The position numbers were made by a program, and so were the translations under genes. 24,818 nt of DNA from Campylobacterota bacterium (GTDB lineage: Bacteria > Campylobacterota > Campylobacteria > Campylobacterales > Sulfurovaceae), in the NCBI GenBank assembly GCA_034722955.1, contig JAYEOM010000011.1, forward strand, positions 1 to 24,818, given 5' to 3'. Within the stretch, counting starts at the first letter, position 1. Each line of letters begins with the position of its first letter. Of this stretch, positions 1 to 7,917 are shown piece by piece. The notes beneath the pieces were generated by a model. The model was not told where the DNA came from and made no database searches. It was given only the letters and a program-made list of their open reading frames with translations.

Positions 1-9
1 TCTATTCAC
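1..9 (-). CDS. Start of an unidentified gene running off the left edge (GTG AAT AGA)
   Basis: Minus strand reads AAAGGA-actgtt-GTG AAT AGA, with a TATAAT at 65-70 (minus) upstream. Only 3 codons are visible. Confidence 0.35.
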
Positions 10-73
10 AACAGTTCCTTTCGGCTACAATCAGCTATATTTTAAATAATTAAGATATTTTTTATATTATACC

Positions 74-571
74 CTATATGAAACAATACTCATAATAAGC
101 ACAGCGTTTGCAGTGATTTTCAAATATAGGCTTAGGAGGATTTGATAAATCTATCAACGCCTCTATCTTCCCTAGCACCTCCAAAAGCTCCTTTTCATTC
201 TCATCATCTAGCTCTATATACTCTATCTTTTTACTCTGCCTCTTCTTCTCTATGTACTCAATCTTGCCCTTTTTGAGTACCCCTTTGGCTTTGAGCTTGT
301 AGAGGTAGAGTAGCACCTGCCACTTGACTGCTTCGGGGTCACTATCAGACTTTTTGACCTCTACCAAATAGTCACGGGTGAGTTTGTCTATCTTGACATT
401 GTCTATGCTTATCTCTGTCTTTTTGCCTTTTTCTTCGTTGATTTCGTGGAGTATCTTGCCTATGCGTACATCTTCACTATTCTCTTCGAGGTTGATGCGG
501 TTGGCATGGAGCCAACACTGGGTCTTGCAGTGGAAATAGTAGTTGATTAGTGTTCCTGTGACGGGGTTCAT
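74..571 (-). CDS. cas4: CRISPR-associated exonuclease Cas4
   Basis: VTGTLINYYFHC..Q.WL N-terminus, RecB-like ID...EVKKS motif, QVLLYLY, and C-terminal CxxCxYxxYC Fe-S cysteines; 165 aa, typical of I-B Cas4. Confidence 0.95.
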   Translation of the reverse strand: MNPVTGTLINYYFHCKTQCWLHANRINLEENSEDVRIGKILHEINEEKGKKTEISIDNVKIDKLTRDYLVEVKKSDSDPEAVKWQVLLYLYKLKAKGVLKKGKIEYIEKKRQSKKIEYIELDDENEKELLEVLGKIEALIDLSNPPKPIFENHCKRCAYYEYCFI

Positions 572-581
572 TGTTTTCCTT

Positions 582-1262
582 TTACTCTATAAACTGCAAA
601 CTATGTTTCATAGCATTTCTCAAAAAAACGACCATCTTCGCACTCTCATCAAACCCATCCAAATACTCCCTCTTCTCTTCGCTCAATATTAATGGCGGTA
701 TGAAGTCATTTTGTATCGCTTGAAAAGTCATCAAGAGTCTTCCTATCCGTCCATTGCCATCAGCAAAAGGGTGGATAGTCTCAAACGCAATATGAAACTG
801 AGAAATATCCTCGATATTCATACTACTGTTTTTGTATCTATAGAGTAGATTTTCTAAAGTTTGAGATATCTTATTGGGCGGCGTAAGTGTAACCAAACTA
901 CCTTGTATATGTCTCTCATCAGCTCTATATGCTCCTATAGGTTTGGGGACAAAAGAGGGCATCACCTGCAAAGCATCTTCAAACATAATCTCATGCAAGT
1001 CCTTGATAAAAGCCGTATCAAGCCCTCTTGTAGGATTGGCTGATTCGCGTATCACGACATCAAAAGCCTTGGCAAATCCCAAGATAACCAACTGCTCATG
1101 CATAGGTTTTTCTTTGGCTGTTATGCCATACTCCAAGAGCAATTTAGTCTCTCCAAAAGAGAGTGTAGTTCCCTCCATAGCATTAGAGTGATGCGTCACA
1201 GAGAGCCGCAACTCCCGAAACAGTCTCTCTTTTTGTTTTGTTGTTAGGGTGTTAAGTTTCAT
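582..1262 (-). CDS. Fic/DOC family protein (putative AMPylase with intramolecular inhibitory helix)
   Basis: Canonical HPFADGNGRIGR motif and an N-terminal (S/T)xxxE(G/N) motif, SNAMEG. Confidence 0.93.
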   Translation of the reverse strand: MKLNTLTTKQKERLFRELRLSVTHHSNAMEGTTLSFGETKLLLEYGITAKEKPMHEQLVILGFAKAFDVVIRESANPTRGLDTAFIKDLHEIMFEDALQVMPSFVPKPIGAYRADERHIQGSLVTLTPPNKISQTLENLLYRYKNSSMNIEDISQFHIAFETIHPFADGNGRIGRLLMTFQAIQNDFIPPLILSEEKREYLDGFDESAKMVVFLRNAMKHSLQFIE

Positions 1263-1277
1263 TTTTTGGATTTCCTT

Positions 1278-3908
1278 TTATAAAAACATTCCCACATTTT
1301 CACCCTTTAAAACAGAAGTATCTAAGCCATTTTTATAGGTATAAATAATTGAACCATTTTCAAAGCCTCCGTCATAAGCTAAAAACTCTCTATCTAAAAC
1401 CAAATAACCATACTCCTCTTTAGAATACACTCCTAATCTCTCTACTCCACTTCCTTGATATTTTGCCAAAGAGAAAGTATATTTAGAAATTTCTGAAGCT
1501 AGAGTTTGTAGTTTGATATTTTTATTGGTAAAATCTAACTCTTTGTTTTGAACAAGCTCTCCATACTCTTTCCAGACTCTCATAGCCTCATCACACCAAG
1601 GTACAAAAACAGAAACCGATTCCATATCAATAATCTTAATGTGTGATTCACTAAATCTAAGGTTTTTGATATGATCAATATAACTATCTAATCCCTCTAT
1701 AAATGGAGTATCGTTTGATTCTTTAATCTTTGCAATTACTTGGTTATAATAAATATCAAAATCTTTAGTCTCCAGAACATTTTTTTTCTCTTCTTTTCCC
1801 TCTATTGTTTCTATATATTCAGAGGATATTCCAAGTCTCTTATCGCCCTTATAAACAAACTTAGCTTTAGGATTTTCCATCTCAAACAAAAAGAGTTTAT
1901 TTCCTGCTTTTGAAGAGTTGCGATTGATACGCCCTGCGAGTTGTTCATCACTATCTATAAGAGATTTTTCTTTAAATCCAATATCCATATCTATATCCAC
2001 ACCAGCTTCCACCACCTGTGTAGTCACTAGCAAAATATTTTTATCGTTATTCTCTTTTAAAAAATCAATAATCTCTCTTCTTCTTGGCTCTAATATCGTA
2101 CCACTCAAAATAAATATCTCATCAAAAAATATTTTATTTTTAGCTACTGCCTCTTGATAAAACTCATCTGCACCTTTTTTGGTAATGAACTCTATAATAG
2201 TTCTCACGACATTACTTTCATTACTCTCTAATTTTTGGTACGATTTACTCTCTTGCAATAATCTCTTATAAATATCTTTTGAATCTTTTATAGTTTTCTT
2301 TTCGGTAGATATATCAACTCGTCGTCCAAAATTTGGATTTGAAAAATACTCTTGTTTATTTGATACCAAAGGAATAAACTTACTATTTGGCTCATTTAAA
2401 ATATCGCCTATCTTTGGCAAAGTAGCACTCATAACAATAAATTTGATATTAAATTGCTCTGCAAAACTATCAAGTAGATAAACGATACTAGACCACAAAG
2501 AGGGGCTATAAGTCTGTATCTCATCTATTATTACTATAGAGTTAGCCAATCTATGAAAGATATAGTTATCATCTTTACTTACACCCGTGAGGATATTAAA
2601 AAACTTTACATGACTTAGCATCGTAATAGGATAATTCATAAATTGATTATCTAAAAAGTTTGTTTTATCATCTCCATAAATACCATCTTTCTCTATCTCA
2701 TTCTTATCATTATATTTTGCTTTTGAGTGAAGTTGTACTATCTCACTATTATCGAGATCTAAAACATCTTTTATAGCGTCATAGGTTTGTGTGATAAGTG
2801 TCGTAAATGGAAATACATAAAAGATTTTATTGATAGAACTATCCTCTTTTAAAATCTCAACTGCACTCATAAGAGATAAGTTTGTTTTTCCTGCACCTGT
2901 GGGGGCTTCAATATAAAAGAGATTTTTAGTTATATTGTCTTTTAGATTTTCTCTCACTTCCAAAAAGAGTTTATTTCTTAAGATATTGAGATTTTTATTT
3001 GATTTTTCTTCTAAATATTTAAAATCAATCTCTATAGTTTTAATATCCTTTAGAGCTTGATTAAAAGTCTTTTGTTTCTTGTCTTTATCAAATTTATCAA
3101 TATAAAACTCATTATAAACTTTATCATTAAACTCTTTATCTATCAATCCAAAATCTTTATACGCAAGTTCTTTTTGATTGCCATAATTCATAAATTGAGC
3201 TGTGGCGTAGTAGTCCGATATGATGAGGAGGGAGAAGAGGGATTTTGAGAGTAAAAATAGTGTATCTTTGTTCTCCTCAATATAATCATAAATATAAGAA
3301 AAAACCCTATTTTCATCTTTATGCACTTTAATCAAATTTATTTGAATATCAAAGAGATTTAAAAACTGTTCCAAATCATCAGAAAATTCAAATTCTGAAC
3401 TTTGATAAATAGAACCATGATGCTTTGAAATAAAATATCCAAAAAGATAAACCATACTTTCAATAATTTCTATCTCATCTTCATCCCACTTTTTAACATC
3501 AAGTTCTTCTAAAGAGTGATTGATAAAAAGATATGCACCTAATGGCGAATGATTACTACCCTCTGATAATTCAATATTTTTGAACTTCTCATTAGCCATT
3601 TTATCAACTTGAAAATTATCATTCATTTTTCCCATGTCATGCCAATAAACAGCTTTGGCAAATAGATATTTTACAAAATTACCAAACTCTGTTTTTTCTT
3701 TTACATCTTCCAATAAATCGACACTCTGAACAAAAAGTTTATCAAGATGATTTTCTAAGCCATTTTTATCTACTAGAAGTAAAAAATAGTCATAAACTAA
3801 ATCTATATGCTCCTTTAGGCTCTCTTTTTCATTTTCTCTTATATGTGCTTTATATTTATCATCTATATCACGCTTTATATCCAATTCGCTAAATTTTAAA
3901 AGAGACAT
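1278..3908 (-). CDS. cas3: CRISPR-associated HD nuclease/helicase Cas3
   Basis: N-terminal HD domain (HDMGK, HH, SDY), then SF2 helicase motifs APTGAGKT, IIDEIQ, MSAT, TQVVEAGVDID and QLAGRINR. Confidence 0.96.
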   Translation of the reverse strand: MSLLKFSELDIKRDIDDKYKAHIRENEKESLKEHIDLVYDYFLLLVDKNGLENHLDKLFVQSVDLLEDVKEKTEFGNFVKYLFAKAVYWHDMGKMNDNFQVDKMANEKFKNIELSEGSNHSPLGAYLFINHSLEELDVKKWDEDEIEIIESMVYLFGYFISKHHGSIYQSSEFEFSDDLEQFLNLFDIQINLIKVHKDENRVFSYIYDYIEENKDTLFLLSKSLFSLLIISDYYATAQFMNYGNQKELAYKDFGLIDKEFNDKVYNEFYIDKFDKDKKQKTFNQALKDIKTIEIDFKYLEEKSNKNLNILRNKLFLEVRENLKDNITKNLFYIEAPTGAGKTNLSLMSAVEILKEDSSINKIFYVFPFTTLITQTYDAIKDVLDLDNSEIVQLHSKAKYNDKNEIEKDGIYGDDKTNFLDNQFMNYPITMLSHVKFFNILTGVSKDDNYIFHRLANSIVIIDEIQTYSPSLWSSIVYLLDSFAEQFNIKFIVMSATLPKIGDILNEPNSKFIPLVSNKQEYFSNPNFGRRVDISTEKKTIKDSKDIYKRLLQESKSYQKLESNESNVVRTIIEFITKKGADEFYQEAVAKNKIFFDEIFILSGTILEPRRREIIDFLKENNDKNILLVTTQVVEAGVDIDMDIGFKEKSLIDSDEQLAGRINRNSSKAGNKLFLFEMENPKAKFVYKGDKRLGISSEYIETIEGKEEKKNVLETKDFDIYYNQVIAKIKESNDTPFIEGLDSYIDHIKNLRFSESHIKIIDMESVSVFVPWCDEAMRVWKEYGELVQNKELDFTNKNIKLQTLASEISKYTFSLAKYQGSGVERLGVYSKEEYGYLVLDREFLAYDGGFENGSIIYTYKNGLDTSVLKGENVGMFL

Positions 3909-4633
3909 ATCACACCCTCATCAGTCTCATAAAGATTTTGAAGTTCTTTAGTAGATTTAAACATATTATTAGTATATAAAAAGTCATAATATTTATACTG
4001 TTTTAACTTCTCATCAAAACCAATAGGTAATCTCTCAAATAGATAAAAATAGTTGGTAGTCCTCTCTTTGTATCCACTATTTTTAAGTACAAAATTTTCA
4101 TCTTTTTTTATTATCGTTTTTACTTCAAATTTCTCTTTTGATTCTATTTTTTCAAATTTAGTATGTTGATGGAAATTATCCCACCACAAAGAAAATTCAT
4201 TTTTGCCCATATATGGAGGATAAACAGCTCTATGATTTTTCAAATAATCAATCAACTTTTGATGTTCTTCATTCTCATCATCAAGTTCAAGATAAATTCT
4301 ATAAGCAGGATTGACAAGTGTCTGCTCTGTAATATTGGATATTGAACCATTTGTCGTATTGTTAAAAATGATAAACTCTTTTTTAAATATACCACCATTT
4401 TCACTACTTGGAGCAATGGCTAGTCTAATATCTTTAAGTTTATCATAATACTCTGGCATTTTAGACTTGTCTCTATTTTGATTATGTCCATCATACCCCA
4501 TAATGGCACCAAATATTCCTAAGAGATAAGGCTTATGAATGATATTGTATGATACAAAAATCTTATCATTAATATCAGGCTTTTTAAACATTCCAAACTC
4601 TGACTTAATTGTAAAACTAATTAGTTTTTTCAT
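3896..4633 (-). CDS. cas5: Type I-B Cas5
   Basis: FGMFKKPD...SY..IHKPYLLGIFGAIMG N-terminal motif and YMGKNEF; lies between cas7 and cas3. Confidence 0.92.
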   Translation of the reverse strand: MKKLISFTIKSEFGMFKKPDINDKIFVSYNIIHKPYLLGIFGAIMGYDGHNQNRDKSKMPEYYDKLKDIRLAIAPSSENGGIFKKEFIIFNNTTNGSISNITEQTLVNPAYRIYLELDDENEEHQKLIDYLKNHRAVYPPYMGKNEFSLWWDNFHQHTKFEKIESKEKFEVKTIIKKDENFVLKNSGYKERTTNYFYLFERLPIGFDEKLKQYKYYDFLYTNNMFKSTKELQNLYETDEGVICLF

Positions 4634-4634
4634 A

Positions 4635-5591
4635 TTAGTTCACTTCTACAACTTTTAATAAATCATAAATTTTTACTTTATCTTTTAGTGTATCACTATC
4701 ATTTATAACATTTAAAAGTTCTTCAATATAATAAAGTTCTATAGAATCAATTTCACTTTCATATTTAGTCAAATAAGTTATAAGATTTGTAATATCAAAA
4801 GAGTTATTACCCTCTTTATCTTTTTCAAACTTAATAAACTGTGTAAAACTAGGAAGTGTCAAAGTAGAAGTTTCATTGAGCGTTACATAGATAGAGAGTT
4901 CATTTTCAACTCCAGCTTTTGAATGAGAATCATAAAAAGTAGCAGAGTTATTAAAAGCATTTTTTAAGATAGATATATCATTATTTGATAGAGTTTTTAT
5001 ATCACTCACTGTATTTTTCCAACTTGATAAATTTTGAGGATTTACTGAAAAGTTATGAATATAATGGGCTTCTGTAGCTTTACTCATACTTCCTATCGCT
5101 GTAAATGGTGCTAAGATTTCATCTGTATAGACTCGTCCTTTTTTATATAAATCAGTTGCATGATTAATTTGTACATTTCCATGAATAGAGATATTATTTC
5201 CTTTTGCTCCATCAGGTGTAAAAGTTGCACCAAAAAGTCTTACATCAATAGCCTCTGTTAAATTTTTAAAAACACTCTCTTTATCACTTTTTTTAACATT
5301 TGAATTATCTTTTAATTTGGTATCAAAAAGTACCTCGTAACTTGTTTTCAAATCATCTGTTTCTATCTTATTGTGAAAGTGCTTAGTAAATAATACTTTT
5401 TCATCACTATAATTCTTTTTAATATAGTTTCTTACCAACCACTTAAAAGATTTATCAGTTGCATAAAAACTACCATCACTTTTAAGTCTTCTAGGAAGTC
5501 CAGAAAAATCTGCATTATAATTTGCATTAATTGCCTTAACTACCACACACCCATAAACTCTATTTTTAAATTCACTACTACTCATTTTCAT
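4635..5591 (-). CDS. cas7: Type I-B Cas7 (Csh2-like); true start is probably the ATG at 5585
   Basis: NRVYG...NANYNADFSG.P, ATDKSFKW.VR and DVRLFGATF motifs. The AGGAG RBS is better spaced to the second ATG. Confidence 0.92.
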   Translation of the reverse strand: MKMSSSEFKNRVYGCVVVKAINANYNADFSGLPRRLKSDGSFYATDKSFKWLVRNYIKKNYSDEKVLFTKHFHNKIETDDLKTSYEVLFDTKLKDNSNVKKSDKESVFKNLTEAIDVRLFGATFTPDGAKGNNISIHGNVQINHATDLYKKGRVYTDEILAPFTAIGSMSKATEAHYIHNFSVNPQNLSSWKNTVSDIKTLSNNDISILKNAFNNSATFYDSHSKAGVENELSIYVTLNETSTLTLPSFTQFIKFEKDKEGNNSFDITNLITYLTKYESEIDSIELYYIEELLNVINDSDTLKDKVKIYDLLKVVEVN

Positions 5592-6051
5592 TTTCTCCTA
5601 TGTTATTATTTTGATATTTAATTTGGTTGTCAGAAAAATATCCTGCGATCATATACTCTATTACATTGTCCATCTCTAAATTATCTTTATAGGTCATCAT
5701 CATACTCATAGCATTATCATATCTCCTATCAAATTTCAATTCATGAGCATATTTTTTATGAGTTTCCCACATATACTCTTTAAGTAATTTACTTGTTTGC
5801 CACTCTGTAAACCCTGAAAAGTCGGCATGTGATTTATTCTCATTTTTACCTTTTTTCTTGCTTATTAAGAATCTTGCTAATTGACCACATAAAAAAGCAT
5901 AGAGTTTATCATCATCTAAAATCATTTCAAGACCTCCGACAAACTCCTTTTTTAGTGTTTTTCCATCAGATTTAAATTCTAAACTATCTTGCCAACACCC
6001 CAAAGAATTTCCCATTTTCTTTTTAAGTTCTATAAATTCACCACTATCCAC
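5578..6051 (-). CDS. cas11: Putative internally translated Cas11b (157 aa) within cas8b copy 2
   Basis: In-frame GTG at 6051 preceded by AAAAGGAGGAGACAAAA (strong SD) just before the C-terminal helical domain. Internal Cas11 translation is known for I-B/I-C/I-D. Confidence 0.65.
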   Translation of the reverse strand: MDSGEFIELKKKMGNSLGCWQDSLEFKSDGKTLKKEFVGGLEMILDDDKLYAFLCGQLARFLISKKKGKNENKSHADFSGFTEWQTSKLLKEYMWETHKKYAHELKFDRRYDNAMSMMMTYKDNLEMDNVIEYMIAGYFSDNQIKYQNNNIGENENE

Positions 6052-7524
6052 TTTTGTCTCCTCCTTTTGATTTAAACTAAATAGTAAATTTAGCTTCTCT
6101 TTTATCTCATTTTCATAAATAGAATACCCATCTTTGTTGTTATTATCATGCCTGATATTATCAATAATAATATCAAGTAACATCTCTCTAAAATCTATCA
6201 ATCTTAAAGCACTTTGATGTGATTTATAGATAAAGTCATAAAAATTTTGTCGATACTTAAGAAGATAATTTTTAAGAATGTTGTTTGAATTACCCGAGTC
6301 TATTTTCCAATAGGTTATTTTTAGATCCTTATAGTCACTAAAATAGTTATATTGTAGTTTTTTATCAAAAATAAGCTCATTAATAATTTTTTCAAATTGA
6401 AAGACACTTAGTTTTTTATCATAAAAACCACCTAAATTAAAACTATTTTTTATTTGTAAAAAGTTTTCTATCTTTAGAGTTGTCATATATTCAAAATTTT
6501 CGATATAATCTAAATCTGTAATCTGTAATTTCCAACCATTATCACTTTTTGAATAATAATTTAAAAGATAAAAGTTTTTTAAATCTTTAGGATTTGTATA
6601 ATAGATAGATTTAATTATCTCTCTATAACTCTTCTTCTTCTCATTATCTTTTAAAATACTTTTTTGTTCTCCAAAAAGATTTTTATTATCAATAAATAGA
6701 GGAAAAGGTTTTGTAAGTTGTTGATTATCAGTCATAACCTTAAATTTATGAAGCTTTAAAGTACAAGTTTTACAAACATGATTAGTGAGTTTTAAAGGCA
6801 TAGTACCTTTCATACCTAAATCATCTCCTAATGTAGATAAGACATAAGGTAGAGAAAGCTCATCTGAATATTCTTCACAAAGAGAACAGTTTCCTTTATG
6901 AAACCCTGCTTTTTTTGTATCTAAAAATGCTCTTTTTTCTACAAATTTTTCATAAAAAGACTTCACAATATTTAAGCCTACATCAATATAAACCCGTATC
7001 TCTATAGAAACTTCTTTTTTGTTCTTTTTTTGATTTTCATATTTTTGTTTTAATTCAGTGACAATACTTTTTTTCCCAAGCAATAGTTTTTCAAGATTTT
7101 CTTCAAGATATTTTTGAATTTCTATTAATTTATTTTTATCTTCATCATCATCTAAATAAATACTAGCACTTTCATACTGAACTTTAATTCTGTTTGCTTT
7201 AGCATTTAGATTTGTGTTAACTGTTTCATTCTCATCTAATTTATTATAAAAAACTTTTACTGTCAAAATATATGGAGAGCTTCCTCCTAAACCTTTATTT
7301 TTATCAAGATATTTATTGTGCATACCTTTTTGATAGTAAGTCATATATTTGAGAATCTCTTTTAATTCACTATCTAAATTATCAATATCCAGTAAATCTT
7401 TGCAAACCATATCATTTTGAATTTTAATAAAGTAATGAAGATAGGCTTTACTTACTTCATTTTGAATAAAATAATCCTCTATCTTTGGATTTGCATCCAT
7501 AAACTCCACAATCTCTTTAATCAT
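5578..7524 (-). CDS. cas8b: Type I-B Cas8b large subunit (copy 2, adjacent to cas7), with Zn-finger cysteines
   Basis: Directly upstream of cas7; CSLC...CKTC; C-terminal helical domain with FLCGQLARFLIS and NAMSMMMTY motifs shared with copy 1. Confidence 0.82.
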   Translation of the reverse strand: MIKEIVEFMDANPKIEDYFIQNEVSKAYLHYFIKIQNDMVCKDLLDIDNLDSELKEILKYMTYYQKGMHNKYLDKNKGLGGSSPYILTVKVFYNKLDENETVNTNLNAKANRIKVQYESASIYLDDDEDKNKLIEIQKYLEENLEKLLLGKKSIVTELKQKYENQKKNKKEVSIEIRVYIDVGLNIVKSFYEKFVEKRAFLDTKKAGFHKGNCSLCEEYSDELSLPYVLSTLGDDLGMKGTMPLKLTNHVCKTCTLKLHKFKVMTDNQQLTKPFPLFIDNKNLFGEQKSILKDNEKKKSYREIIKSIYYTNPKDLKNFYLLNYYSKSDNGWKLQITDLDYIENFEYMTTLKIENFLQIKNSFNLGGFYDKKLSVFQFEKIINELIFDKKLQYNYFSDYKDLKITYWKIDSGNSNNILKNYLLKYRQNFYDFIYKSHQSALRLIDFREMLLDIIIDNIRHDNNNKDGYSIYENEIKEKLNLLFSLNQKEETKVDSGEFIELKKKMGNSLGCWQDSLEFKSDGKTLKKEFVGGLEMILDDDKLYAFLCGQLARFLISKKKGKNENKSHADFSGFTEWQTSKLLKEYMWETHKKYAHELKFDRRYDNAMSMMMTYKDNLEMDNVIEYMIAGYFSDNQIKYQNNNIGENENE

Positions 7525-7577
7525 TTTACTAATCCTTTATTTTTTACTAAAATTGCCAAATAAACAAAAAACTGCAT
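7521..7577 (-). CDS. Putative 18-aa leader peptide MQFFVYLAILVKNKGLVK coupled to cas8b copy 2
   Basis: GAGGAG SD 5 nt before the ATG at 7577; its TGA overlaps the cas8b ATG (ATGA). Confidence 0.4.
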   Translation of the reverse strand: MQFFVYLAILVKNKGLVK

Positions 7578-7726
7578 ATAATCTCCTCATATAATTTCTT
7601 CTAAGAGTAAGCCATCTTTTTTCAAAAGTTTTTCAACTTTAAAGCAAAGAGATACTACTCTGTTAGAATTGAAGTACTAACTTCAAATCTTTCCTAAAAC
7701 GATTATGACACACTAAACCTTATAAG

Positions 7727-7744
7727 TCACTAGTATAAGAAAGT
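7727..7744. promoter_or_regulatory. TCA PAM plus crRNA-like-RNA target overlapping a candidate minus-strand -10 box (TATACT, 7737-7732) of the cas8b2 operon
   Basis: + strand reads TCA|CTAGTATAAGAAAGT, 14/15 identical to the sequence following the repeat at 7872. The reverse complement contains TATACT. Confidence 0.65.
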
Positions 7745-7803
7745 AAATAAAAATAGAGAAATTTTAGAAAAAAATAGAAATACTAATCAAATATTTTGTT
7801 TTT

Positions 7804-7814
7804 TATACTAAAAT
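7804..7814 (+). promoter_or_regulatory. Candidate -10 box (TATACT/TAAAAT) for the crRNA-like RNA
   Basis: TATACT at 7804-7809 and TAAAAT at 7809-7814, after an A/T-tract upstream region and just before the 5' arm of the predicted RNA. Confidence 0.4.
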
Positions 7815-7816
7815 CA

Positions 7817-7909
7817 CGATTAGCAACAATATCTTTATCTTTTTGAACCGATACATAAGGTGTATTTAAATCTAGTATAAGATAGTTTTAGAATTGTTGC
7901 TACTTTTTT
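7817..7909 (+). ncRNA. Candidate crRNA-like regulatory RNA (CreR/CreA-like): solitary repeat + pseudo-spacer + U-tract; ends approximate
   Basis: Repeat at 7842-7871, spacer from 7872, flanking 10-bp inverted repeat (TAGCAACAAT 7821-7830 / ATTGTTGCTA 7893-7902) and T6 at 7904-7909. Confidence 0.65.
7842..7871 (+). CRISPR. Solitary type I-B-like CRISPR repeat TTTGAACCGATACATAAGGTGTATTTAAAT
   Basis: 30 nt with an ATACA-TAAGG-TGTAT hairpin and an 8-nt 3' handle ATTTAAAT. Resembles, from recollection, the I-B repeat family of the form NTTGAAC...ACAT...TGTATTTAAAT. Single copy, not an array. Confidence 0.75.
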
Positions 7910-7917
7910 ACCTACTC

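Noticed and set aside
7645..7675. Possible second degenerate repeat ending GAATTGAAGT
   Set aside because: Little similarity to the 7842-7871 repeat beyond GATAC and a handle-like end; better explained as one arm of the 7665-7690 hairpin.
7800..7814. Third TAGTATAA copy (minus strand) as a self-target in the RNA's own promoter
   Set aside because: Mismatches at positions 1 and 10 and an ATT flank instead of TCA; it probably just reflects a shared TATACT -10 box.
7525..7917. Full CRISPR array in the intergenic gap
   Set aside because: Only one repeat copy and no periodic repeat-spacer structure.
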